Shown here: piece after piece, positions 35,798 to 47,100 of the stretch
Layout: every line of letters starts with the position of its first letter
Numbering within the stretch: the stretch's first letter is position 1
From: Schmidtea polychroa
Taxonomy: Eukaryota
Reading direction: 5' to 3'
Length of the DNA: 64,000 bases
Assembly (NCBI GenBank): GCA_044892525.1
Contig: CM097886.1
Coordinates: 2,914,001 to 2,978,000 of the forward strand
Position numbers and translations under genes: made by a program
The notes under the pieces: generated by a model
Told to the model about the DNA's origin: nothing
Database searches by the model: none
What the model saw: the letters and a program-made list of their open reading frames with translations, nothing else

Positions 35798-38700
35798 TTC
35801 AAATTAATTAAGATTTTTTAATTAAATAAGTAATAAAAATATTTGATTTGCTTATTAATTCTCTGAAGAAATTTTATATATTTAGCAAGAGAATTTAATT
35901 TCGAATGCAGAGAGAGATTGTAAATGTGATATTGCAATTTTTAAAATATTTTTTAGATTTTATATGTTGGAAACCATGTTTACTCTATATTTTGTTAGGC
36001 CAAGGCATAAGCAACATGACGAAATGCATCGAAGCATAACACACAAACATAGCATTAAGTCGAGTTAAATTAGAAACACGTTAAAACACCAAATAAACAT
36101 AACTAATAGAATTCACACAACACCAAAGTAATAAACCCAAGTTTAAAGAAATATCAAACAAAATAATATAATAAGTTTAAATTAAAGGTAAGAAAACACC
36201 ATAATTTTAATTGGGTTTGAATAAGAACAAGGAGCAGAATACTAGAAAGTTAAATGAAATTGTTAACACCCATATATAATACCATTGTTAGATGGGTCCC
36301 TATGAATAACGCACGCTTTTAAATTCAACCTATTCTCTTTATTTAGTGATGCAATTAATGGAAAACCTGATAGCCGACAAAGAAACCGCGCTGAAATAAG
36401 TAGCACATTTACAACGACGAATAACTAAACTCAAAGTGTGGTGCAGAATTTGAAAGCACCTGGTTCAGTCCTACAGAAATGAAGAAACGGTTGCAATTAA
36501 TCGAATAATTTCAACTGCGGAGTACGCAAGACTAGGTGGAACTGAAAGCGCTCTGTCTCCAAATGCGTCGACTAGAGACCTAACTAAACCAGCACAATAT
36601 TAGACCTGTCGAATTGGAATTGGCAGAATCCGTCACACGGCAACAGATAGTTAAGAAGAAGAAACGCCCTGGAAAAGCGAAACGAGCACGGCTCAAGATA
36701 TATCGAAAGTCGATTACAACCAAAGACCGATTTAATAAATTTTTTTTGGTTGATTTATCGATTTCCTCGAAATAAATACATTAATGTGTTAGACGTTTAT
36801 TTTCGTTCATCAAGAAATGACAGAGTAAAAAGAGCCAAATTTTAGTTAACAGTTACTATTAAAGAAGGGACCTAAACGAAAGTCGGACGCAGGTCTTCTA
36901 ACAGCAGTCTGCGAACCCGTTTGAGTACTTGCTGATTATAGTTTACAAAGGTACGCTCACTTTTCGCTGGTACTCACCCACTTGATTCAGTTCCAACGTT
37001 GATCACTCAACGGGTATCGAGCGCTAGATCATTCTTGTATTCTGTGTTACGCTGGAAACAGCACGAAAGGGTAAAATGTGGATTACCTGTAACCCACAAA
37101 CTGCACAAAACAAATTTATGAGGCCAAATTTTGAAACTTACTTATTATATTTCAAAATAAAAATTTTTGTGCGTAGACTGCAATTCCTCTTTGATGCAAA
37201 TATCATAAATAAACACAAATATAACAAAAATAAATAACACAATTAAAGTAGATTCAAAGTCAAAGCGAAAATAGAAAATTGGAAAATAGAAATTTTAAAA
37301 CCAAAATTATAGAAATCGTAATTTATATATCGTTTAATAAAGAAAGTCATTATTTACAAAATGATACATTATTCATTGTAGTTTCATGTCCAATGATAAA
37401 AATATTCAAATATTTAAAGAAACCAGACTGATTTACTAAGTTTCATACAGAAAAAGGCATACCAGAATGGGTTCTACTTATAGGGTTCTGTTATTATTTA
37501 GAGCTTGGAGGAATAATCGGTTACATTCACAATTGGGCCGATTATTAGGACAATCAGGACAATCGGTTATCGGCCACCAATCCGGGACTATTGTTCAATA
37601 TCAGTATAAGTAATTCAGATTGCTTACATAATTCTGCATTATTCTGACTCAACAGCAAAATATTAAGCACAAAAATAACATTTATATTAATGTTATGTGA
37701 TTATGCGGCAGTGTATTATTATTGTGTATTATTACTGGGAATTTGGATGGCAATTATTTAAACAGTCGGATAGACGAGGGTAAACACAAGAAAGAGAATT
37801 ACTAAAAGAGTCAACAGAAATAATTCATTGTCAAACGATTACTAAGGAAGTCAAAACCAATTAGGTCAAAAATGAACCAATTACAACGATTATGGGAGTA
37901 TATAAGGAAACTCCAAATTCAGATAATCGGCAGTAGCCTCAGGTAGGGAAGAAGAAACTGACAATAGGAGTTTGAGGAACAAAGTCAAGAACTAAAAGGG
38001 AGTATTAAAAAGTTCGGATCAAAGAGCGGAATATCAAATGAAAAGGTGAAACTTATTTTTAAATCGCACAAGGTCGAGACTTTCAGGGCGGAGTTCGATT
38101 AGAAATTGCGAGCAAAATCGTGGTTAACTAAAAGTTGTAAGTATTTATTGAGAATTGTAAATTTGCTATAAAACATATATACGTTGGGAGTTTGTGTTTG
38201 TCAATTATGGGACACGTGGAGTAACCAACGGTCGACTTTTTAGTATCATTAAACCCAACAATTTCAATATAAAAACTTTTTAAATTGTATACATTTATAA
38301 CATGATTATAATTTATACCAGTGATGCCCACAATATTTTCAACAAGTGCCAATTTAAAAAATTCAGATTTTTTATTAAAATCATTCATTAATATTATTGG
38401 ATAATTTTTCAAAATCAATTGGATTATCATTCATCTCTATTTTAATTTGAATATTTAAATTTGAATTTAGTAATCGATTCCTGTGGTTATTTTTAATTAT
38501 TTTCAAAGCTATAATATATAACATCATTTTAGTATTAAAGGTAAAAATTCTATATTGATTTTTTTCACATTTAATCTTTTATGTTTTTAATTTCTTTCGA
38601 TTGTAGATTAATAATAAACAATAATTATTGATTTCAAGGTTAGGGTAATTGTTTCAAAAACTTTAACAAATATGGAAGTTTAAAGAGTGACAATAAAAAA

Positions 38701-41566
38701 GCTAACGCGTGCCACACTTTGGACACCGCTGATTTATACATATAAAATTAATAAATTTTAGTATAATATTATTTAGTATGATCAACGTAACAGCTGTAAA
38801 ATATATGAGAATTAAAATAATTTTTAGTTCATATAAATGTAGCGAATTCATTTAACATTCAGAAAAAATATTATTTAATGTCATAAGATGTTGTCAATAT
38901 TTTTGCTTTTATATATTTTTTACTACAGTTAAGTTTTTATCCTACCATTCTACGTCAATTTTCTGCTTTTCATCTGTAAAAATTTTTTATTTTCTCCAAA
39001 AATATGAATAAATTTATAATTTTAAATTTTAAAAAATATTTTAATTATCACAATTTTTTTATATTCACTAAAATTTTGAATTAGGAACACATTGACAAAT
39101 GCATCAAGCTGAACCCACAGGATGCCTATGCAAATCATTTGAAAGGCCGGTTTTGTTATCAGGTAAAATTATAAAACAAATTTTTTCCGTATTAATTACC
39201 TTTCAATTATATAATAACACATATATTTTGATCATAAGATAACGCCAATCAAGCATTCTTTTCACGATATATTTCGACAGTTTTCCTGTCATCATCAGGT
39301 GGGATATAATAACTCATTAAATTAAGGATTTGAAACAAATTTATTAGTTTAAAATCCTTAATTTAATGAGTTATTATATCCCACCGGATGATGACAGGAA
39401 AACTGTCGAAATATATCGCGAAAATAATGTTTGATTGGCGTGATCTTATAATTAAATCATTGCCATGTATGTTTAAATATTTTGATTAGTTTGTTAAATT
39501 TGCGTTGAATGTATCAGATTCCATGTGTTATTGAATATGAACATTTTTTTGACAATTTTGGAAACAGAATTTGATAGATAAAAATTTCATTTAAACTATG
39601 TACCGAAAATAAGTTTTGATTAGAAAGTAAAATATCTATCTATAATCTGAATGAAATGAAGATAGACGAAACTTTTTATTGATGGTTTAGGGGTCATTGC
39701 ATAATTACGTCACGCCAAAATGACCAAAAACATTAATCGTCTCTTCAATAACTTTCGGATACCGTGCATTCTCGTCTGGTCCTCCATCTGACCATGACAC
39801 CCAAAATGGTTTAACATTTTTGGATGGTGTTTTGACAACATTCTCAAACCGTTCATCATCAACTATGTGGCGTATGTCCGTGCCATGACTGTAGGCATTT
39901 GATGTATCATGCTTTCCTGAACGGATTGCTATATAAGTTGGGCCAGTGTTCGATATCCCGGTTGCCTTGTCGCCAACAATGTCATCGTTGATAGTTAGGA
40001 AGGCGTACACTGAAGGTATCAATTTATGTTTCTCGGCTACCACCCAATCGTGATCTGGTAATTTTACTCAGTACTCTGTACTCATCATAATTGGCTGCTC
40101 TTTACTTACTGTTGCAATTCCAAGAGCTATTCTAACTTTATCGTCTGGCGAAAATAGCATTGTGTTTTGTGGACCAATAAGTGTGAATAGTTCCATAACG
40201 AGCCTGATAGCAGCCAAACCAAACTGGGCATCTTCATTTTTCTTCCGAGCATTGAATTGGGATTTGACAAGTTTCACCGGAACCGTTTGTACATGTCTTT
40301 TGCCTTCATTTGTATTCCAGCGACGTGGTATCAGACGTCTGTATACAACAGTTCTTTCAATATTGTAACCTTTTTCATTGAGCATTAGTGTCAGATCATC
40401 TAAGTTTCAGGACATTGCAATAATTCAGATCGACGCCCAGGATCAGCTCCAGCTTCATTGGAACAAACGAGTTCCCAAATCACATTGAGAAGATCTGGAT
40501 ATTTCTGCTCCTTTATGGGACGCCCAGGTTTTTCAAGTAATGTTTCACCTGCAGCTGCGGATAAATTTTGGTATTTTTCTTTTTTTTTCAAACGAGATTT
40601 CTGTGCTCGAGAACTGTTAAGTCGAAGAGTTTGAATAGCTGTTGGATTTTCTTTTTGCTAGTCTCCAAGTTCTTCAATTCCTTTCCTACAGCTTCTGAAT
40701 CACCTAAACCTTTCTGTTGCTTTAATACAAGGAATGATATGTTGGCATTTACTTCATCCAAACGTTTTTGTTCTCGTATTTCTGCTGGTGTATGACGTTT
40801 TATATCTTCCAACACATTCTGATTTTCAACCTCATTTATACTCGATTCACTAGTGATGATTTTCGATTCGTCGACAACTGAAGTATGACTGATTGTTTTG
40901 TCCATAACTGTCGGCTATAACAGTTCACCAGCAGATGATTCAACAGACACAGATGAAACCTTCTGCAATAATCTTTTCTTTGCTGGAATGTTTGTCCAAT
41001 AACTCAGACTCTTTGATTTTCGTTTTTCTACAACCATTCTTAACTCGTTCAGTTTTGTTTGACATGTAGCTGCTCGTGCTTCGATATGTCCGGATGTGCA
41101 AGAGCATACGTATTCACTAGATCTTGGTATAGATCTGGCATTTTGTTAAATTTACTTTTCTTGAACATGTCTATAGTCATCCAATATTAAAAGGTTTTCT
41201 TTAATATTCTAATTTAATGATAAGTTGTTAATAAGTGAAATTAATATTAAATATGTAATTTAGGTCAGTAATCTTCATTTTTATGAAAGGAAAATAGCAG
41301 CTTGGCTTTTTGCTACACCCCCGGTAGCCACCCTCGATGAAGCGTTGATATTGTTTCAAAAGGTAATTCTTCATTAGTGATCTGAGGATTTATTTGTATT
41401 TCAGTGTGAAGAGTTGGCTCCTAATAAGTACGGCGAAAACCACTACTTTTTGTCACTGTGTTATCAGAATCTTGGTGACTATAATAAATCATCGAAGTTT
41501 CTTAACTCCGCAAAACAGCTTCCATGTTCTGATATTGATATTAAACAAAAAATCAACATGATCTAA
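32557..41566 (+). CDS. RMDN: Regulator of microtubule dynamics (RMDN2/3, FAM82/PTPIP51-like), about 340 aa; exons 32557-32846, 32886-33036, 34748-34990, 39085-39162, 41264-41362, 41405-41566
   Basis: N-terminal TM (ISFGIFIGFGLGYFF), coiled coil, then TPR region: EFLWRYAM...SEAHKWLAILYG...QKRILNGFKFK | EHIDKCIKLNPQDAYANHLKGRFCYQ | VSNLHFYERKIAAWLFATPPVATLDEAL | CEELAP...CYQNLG. All junctions GT-AG and in frame. Confidence 0.9.
33817..34697. mobile_element. Possible piggyBac-type non-autonomous element in RMDN intron 2
   Basis: TTAA-CCC...GGG-TTAA ends with imperfect short TIRs; a hAT-like cagcgccgtc end is nested just inside. Confidence 0.45.
35160..35762. mobile_element. MITE with TIR gttacggtaaa(t/a)gta in TA runs, RMDN intron 3
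   Basis: Inverted termini, repeated aatgtaca subterminal motifs, (TA)n on both sides. Confidence 0.75.
36300..37110 (+). mobile_element. Possible LTR-retroelement 3' remnant
   Basis: GC-richer decayed coding-like DNA (KKKKRPGKAKRARLK), then a tgttag...tgtaac segment. Confidence 0.3.
39234..39449. repeat. Long inverted repeat (arms of about 100 bp, 10-nt loop) carrying two hammerhead motifs, RMDN intron 4
   Basis: 39234-39336 is the near-perfect reverse complement of 39347-39449. Confidence 0.93.
39263..39301 (-). ncRNA. Minimal type I hammerhead ribozyme (intact core)
   Basis: CAC-CUGAUGA-U-GACAG-gaaaa-CUGUC-GAAA-UAUAU-C^GUG: full core, 5-bp stem II, palindromic AUAUAU stem III, 3-bp stem I. 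Confidence 0.72.
39690..41150 (-). mobile_element. Decayed DNA transposase, Zator/TP36-like, in RMDN intron 4
   Basis: RRLIPRRWNTNEGKRHVQTVPVKL, FSPDDKVRIALG, HKLIPSVYA, GPTYIAIRSGKH, SDGGPDENARYPKV over several frames. Superfamily assigned from recalled motifs. Confidence 0.6.
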
Positions 41567-41732
41567 ATTTTGCCTATTCATCAATTTACTCGATATTTTT
41601 ATAATTTATTAATAAATTATTTTATAACTTCTTTGCATATTATTCAATATTGAATTGTATTAACTAATAGATGAAGTGACTGGAATCCTCTTTGCACTAA
41701 CAATGGCATTAGTATTTTTGGCTAGCTTAGAT

Positions 41733-41976
41733 CAGTGGTGGCCAACCCAAATCAATCGAAGGGCCAAATTTTCGGAAAAATACTATCACGGGCCACAATA
41801 AATTCATTTAAATAAATATAACTCGTTTTTACGATTCAAGTAAACTTAGAATCAATTTTTTAAATTAAAAACATGCTTAATTCGAATATGAATTCTAAAA
41901 AAGACAATTATTGATTTGATGTTTAAAATTGTGTCCGGGCCACATCTTAAACGCGTCGCGGGCCACCGGTTGGCCA
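41733..41976. mobile_element. hAT (Charlie-type) MITE, right end eroded
   Basis: cagtggtggccaacc...gggcc...ggttggcca termini. Confidence 0.7.
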
Positions 41977-42149
41977 TAAAAGTGTTTTTTCCCAATTTAA
42001 GAAACCCGCTGTTTATGAAAAGAATGTATATCCTATTTTTCTTTTATTCTAAATTTAGAATCATGTAAAACCGTCTTTGCATTATATGAACAGTTTGCAC
42101 AAAAATTCCTGGAGAAAGTTAATTCAGTAAAAAGATAAATATTATGAGA

Positions 42150-42720
42150 TAGTGATTTAATGATCAACTGATATCGGTATTTCTACTTCTTCTGAATGTT
42201 GTGAATGTCACTATAAGAGAAATGTGACCAAAGATCGATTTCATGGTATTTATCTTCTACTTTTGCAAATTCAGTAAAATGTCTTGATAAATTTATTGAG
42301 TTATTGATGAAGAATAGATATTTAAAATAATTATTATTGCTGATTAAAGAAACTGTTGATAAATGTGTTAACACATTGACGGACAGATGGAAAATTATCT
42401 TTCAATATAAGTAGATTTCTGAGAGCCTTACCATAAGAACATTATCAATGGTAATTAAATGCAGCAAAGATTAGACAACGATCAAACAAAAATAAAGCCA
42501 TTAATTGCAGTCTTTCCAATGTATGTAGCATTCCATCCATTACATGAAAATTGATAAACGAGTTCTGAATACGAACCAACTGAAGTTGGAGACTTATTAG
42601 TAAACTTGTTACCAACCTTGCAAGACTTTGAAACAATCCTAATTATGGTCTTATCTACGTGTTTAAGGATCTTATGATTGAATTCTTTGAAATATTCAGA
42701 ATAAGGTAATACTAAAACTT
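42150..42720 (-). mobile_element. Penelope-like element remnant (GIY-YIG endonuclease)
   Basis: KVGNKFTNKSPTSVGSYSELVYQFSCNGWNATYIGKT resembles the PLE VYKFTCSGCNATYIGKT motif. Confidence 0.75.
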
Positions 42721-43034
42721 ATTTTTGATCAGTGTGCTTAATTCGAATTTTTTTCACCTTCCGAACTTGGTATAAAGATTTTTAATTTTTAAATTTAAAT
42801 TGAACTTTATTTTATAATTTAATTTTAAAAAATTTGTATAATGCTATCAATTTTGTGTGTTTTTTTTAATTAAAATAATAATTTTTATGATTCTTTTATA
42901 TGAAGGTTCTTTTTTCAAAAAGAAGGAAAATTTTATAAAAACACCTTTTAGTTTGATACAATTGGATTACGATTATTATCTGTTAATTTGTTTGAATATT
43001 CTTATTTTTATTTAGTTGTTATTAATACGATTCC

Positions 43035-43074
43035 TAGCCTGAAGAAGACTGTTATATGGTTAAAATATATAGCA
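43035..43074 (+). ncRNA. Degenerate minimal hammerhead motif (CUGAAGA family)
   Basis: tagc-ctgaaga-agactg-ttata-tggtt-aaaa-tatata-gca; G12 mutated; about 90 bp shared with 22495-22585. Confidence 0.4.
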
Positions 43075-43323
43075 ATGTTACATTTTAATATACTTATTTG
43101 GTGATTTTCAATTATTAAAACGTTACCTTCTTTCTTTATTTATTATTTTAATTGTTGATAAACGTCACTGCTAAAGATCGGATCAGTAAATTTGAGAACT
43201 TCTGTCATTACTAATAACTTTTTAACCTGAGTTTTAATTTTAATCATTTTAATTTTTAAAAAAAGAATTTCATTTAAAGTTTTTTATTGTTTATCACATA
43301 AAATGATTCAAAAAAGGTTTTAA

Positions 43324-45567
43324 TCAATTCAAAAGTTCAATTTCTTCTATAATTTGTTTTCCTTCAATTGCAAATTTATTTTTCAAAGGTCCGATTTTTT
43401 CTGGAATGGTAAAAGGCTTACGGAGAACTAAATCTATTCCTCCAAACTTTGAAATTATTTCATCAACTCTCTTCTCGACCATTTTTGTAAGAAAATCATC
43501 TGGAAGAAACATTGGAAGTTTAGATAATTCTTTTTCAGTTTTCTGACTAATTGGCCATCTCCACAACTCATATAAAGGACACAAATTCATTCCGGATATT
43601 TCAGATGTAACTTTAATCCAAAGTTGAATTTTGTCTTCATCAGAAATGCTGCCAATTTCTTTCAGCAATACATTATACCGACGAAATACTTGAGCATAAA
43701 ACTCCCATCCAAAATTTTTTCGTTGCTGCGCATAAATAGCTAATGCTAAGTAATTATTATTTTTCCATTGTTGAAATGTGCCATTATTTATATGGTTTAC
43801 TAGATCATTAATATAAAGTTTTTCTGGAAGCCATCCATTGGTTGGAGACCAAGAACTGTGATTGGTCATAGATTCAACAGCTACTAACGTAAATATGTTA
43901 TTGGTCACTTCCCCGACTCCACTGAAAGTGAATATAGTTTCTTGTAAATTGTGTCCAAGTTCATGCATCAAACCCCATTCACCATCAATTTTAATATTAT
44001 ACATGTGGAAAAAATAATCTTTTTCATTAGAGGGATTTGTGACCCAGAATATCGGTGTACCGATAGGGTATCCCGCATGCATATATCCTGCTTTTATTTG
44101 TATATCTGTTGACACCATTTCTCTACGACTTGCAGTAATTGTTCTTGCTATCAAATGAAACTCTTCTTTCACCATAACATCGTACAATTCTAAAAACGAA
44201 TTCGGATCGGCAAAATTACGAATAGCATTTGATGATAATACAAATACAAGAGTGTCACTAGCAACAACTGTCCATGGTGAAACTAGTCTTTGCTTGTGGA
44301 TCCAATTTTTTGAATCTTCTTTGTTTCTCCTATCGAATAGCGGTATTTGTACCACATGATTGAAAGTTATTTCAACTTTATCATTATCTTCATCACAGGA
44401 AATAGAAAGCAATCCGCCAAAAGAAAATGAAAATATTTGCAATTTATTTCTTTCAATAGAGAATTGAATGTTTGTTTTAGGCCATTTATAAAATTCTGAT
44501 TTATAGGAAACGTCAAAATGGTGATAATTGATGTATATAAAGCAAAATTGAGACTTTGATTGAGTAATTTGAACGGAAAAGTCCTCCCCAGGAGTAGCAT
44601 AAAGACCAAGCTGAGCAACTTCTTTGTTGTAAATAAGATTCAGTCTCATTTTAATGTCTTTTAGTGGAATGTCATTCGAATAAAATTTTCCAGGATAAAA
44701 TGATAATCCAGGAGCATTCATTTTTTGGCCGAAAGGAGAAACTAAAATACTGTTGAAAACCCTCAAAAGTGTTTTACTTGATTCCTCAGTAAGACCAACT
44801 TCCCAACAAGGGATGAAACTCTTAATATATGGTAAATAATTTGAGTAGAGATCGACAGTGAGATTTTTGATTAAGTTAAATGTTGTTTTACTTAAAACCT
44901 TTTCGATTGAAATTTCGGAAATTATGTTCGTAATAGATTCTGCGGCATTTTGTAGGTTGATAGCATTTAATTTTGCATATTCAAGCCTTTCATACATTGG
45001 CATGGTGTATACGGAGGGTTGAGTAACGGTTCTCCAATTATTGTCAGCATATATAAGTGATGGCCAAACACCAGCTGCTAAAAAAAGAATTTTCAATTCA
45101 CTGTCGAAAATCTTTTTAAGATAGTGATCATATGCCCATGGTTTCACTCCAATAATTACCCTTAATCCAGAATTTACTAAGTGAAGTAAAGTACCAACTA
45201 ATTCTTCCCCCAATTGCTTATGAGCACTCCATATGAAAGGTTCCAATATTGCAGATTTCGAATTATTGTTGGAAATTAGCTCTTTCAAACCTTCTTTTGT
45301 CAAATACTTTGGACTTTCTACTGGCTTTTCATAGACATCATTGAACAAGTCTTTTAATTGTGGAAAGTATGTAGCATCAACTATTCCGTCGGTTGCCAGA
45401 AATGCGATTCTGCCTTTTCCAACTGTTGAAATTGTTATGGGGATTTGATTATCTGAATTAATGGCATACGCAATTGCGTTATTACTCAATAAAAAGAAAT
45501 GTCCAGGGTTTTGGTCCGATGGAATCTTCAATTCATTTTTGTTTTTCTTTTGGAAATACTCATTCAT
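43324..45567 (-). CDS. TCAF/FAM115-like M60 metallopeptidase, copy 3 (747 aa, intronless, diverged paralog)
   Basis: WGLMHELGHNLQ...GEVTNNIF, colinear with copies 1 and 2, ATG preceded by TTTTAG. Confidence 0.93.
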   Translation of the reverse strand: MNEYFQKKNKNELKIPSDQNPGHFFLLSNNAIAYAINSDNQIPITISTVGKGRIAFLATDGIVDATYFPQLKDLFNDVYEKPVESPKYLTKEGLKELISNNNSKSAILEPFIWSAHKQLGEELVGTLLHLVNSGLRVIIGVKPWAYDHYLKKIFDSELKILFLAAGVWPSLIYADNNWRTVTQPSVYTMPMYERLEYAKLNAINLQNAAESITNIISEISIEKVLSKTTFNLIKNLTVDLYSNYLPYIKSFIPCWEVGLTEESSKTLLRVFNSILVSPFGQKMNAPGLSFYPGKFYSNDIPLKDIKMRLNLIYNKEVAQLGLYATPGEDFSVQITQSKSQFCFIYINYHHFDVSYKSEFYKWPKTNIQFSIERNKLQIFSFSFGGLLSISCDEDNDKVEITFNHVVQIPLFDRRNKEDSKNWIHKQRLVSPWTVVASDTLVFVLSSNAIRNFADPNSFLELYDVMVKEEFHLIARTITASRREMVSTDIQIKAGYMHAGYPIGTPIFWVTNPSNEKDYFFHMYNIKIDGEWGLMHELGHNLQETIFTFSGVGEVTNNIFTLVAVESMTNHSSWSPTNGWLPEKLYINDLVNHINNGTFQQWKNNNYLALAIYAQQRKNFGWEFYAQVFRRYNVLLKEIGSISDEDKIQLWIKVTSEISGMNLCPLYELWRWPISQKTEKELSKLPMFLPDDFLTKMVEKRVDEIISKFGGIDLVLRKPFTIPEKIGPLKNKFAIEGKQIIEEIELLN

Positions 45568-45693
45568 CTAAAATAAAAGTCAATATATAAAATAAAATTC
45601 TATTTCCTCAAAAAATTCTCCTAATCTCGCTATTGTTTGCCTAAGTTTTCTGTCAAATATATAACATATTATTCTAACTTTTATACTCTAAGG

Positions 45694-45919
45694 CAGTGGT
45701 TCTTAACCTGGGGTCCATGGACCCCCCAGGGGGGTCCGCGGCACTATTTACAAATAAAAATTATTTTTGTTTGAAGCTGAATAAACAGATTTATAAATAA
45801 TTATTAAAAAATCTATGTGTTTTACTATCAATTTATTATTTTTTTAATATTTCAGGGGTCCGTCGGTACCAATTATATTTTTTTGGGGTCCATAAGTTTG
45901 AAAAGGTTAAGAACCCCTG
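45694..45919. mobile_element. hAT MITE with 8-bp target-site duplication
   Basis: TIR cag(t/g)ggttcttaacc; CTCTAAGG at 45686-45693 and 45920-45927. Confidence 0.93.
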
Positions 45920-47100
45920 CTCTAAGGATATATCTAAGGACCTGGATTCCGGGATTCGTTTTGGGATTTCTGTCATTTTCCTGCCTTCGGAATTGTTTGT
46001 AATTTTTATAATTTTTTGTTCTATATGAATAATAATTTTATGCTTGAATCATTCGAGTTGATCGTACTTGATTCAAAGATATTGAACTGAAAATAGGTGG
46101 ACAGTAGCGTTTCTTTTTGATGTCGGTAAACTGGTGACATCATTTTAAGAAAGTTATTCAGAAAACAGCATCAGTCAATTATTAAATTTTGAATAACAAT
46201 ATGAGGCAGTAAATTATAAATGTTTATTTGTCATTTTTTTCAAAAATAAAATTTGTAAAATGAGATAATTCCATGCAACGAATACAAAAATAAGAAGTTA
46301 TTATGTATTTTTTGCTGTGTTGTGTATGTGTGTTAAATTTATCTTTTCTACTACTTTATCAATTTATATAAATGATGGTGAAATGGAAAATATCAGCACA
46401 AAGGTGTTTTCATAATATAAGCTATTTGGCATTTTTATATTATAGAATGACGTGAAACCAGATGAGTTACTTCAACCAAAAAAAACTGAAAGGTTTTTAT
46501 TATAATAATAGATGTTGTGTTACTTACTTAAATATTAATGTTTTCTACAAATTAATTTTAAATAATTAACCTGAATTTTAATGAAATAAAATAGGTAAAA
46601 GTCAGAATAGTCGAATATGGAAGTCAAAAAAAGAGTCGTGAAAAATTAGCCGACTGCAAACCCCTAAAAATAACCGACATCCAACAAATGCCAAAATATA
46701 CCAAAAAAATCGTCGACAAAAATCGTGAAAAATTAGCCGATTTATTTTGTTAATTTATTAAATATTTAGATAATTTTAAATGTTGTTAGTAAATAGCGTT
46801 GTATAAAAGTTGCAATATTTTTTTGCATAATTTTTTGTGTATTTTATTTGTAGTTTGTTGGTTTTATTTCAAATTTAGTAAGGTACCTTGTATAACTAAA
46901 GGGTTTGTAAATACATTATTATAACAAAAATTAAAATGTCTTTTGATACAAGTTTTGTATTTGTTACAAGTGTTTTGTTTCTGTTATTGGAAAATTATTG
47001 TTCGTGTGGCATTTAAACAACGGTCTGAGTTCTTAACACTAATTTTTGACCAAAAAAAAAGAATATTTATAAAATTTTTATAATTATAATTAAATTTCAC

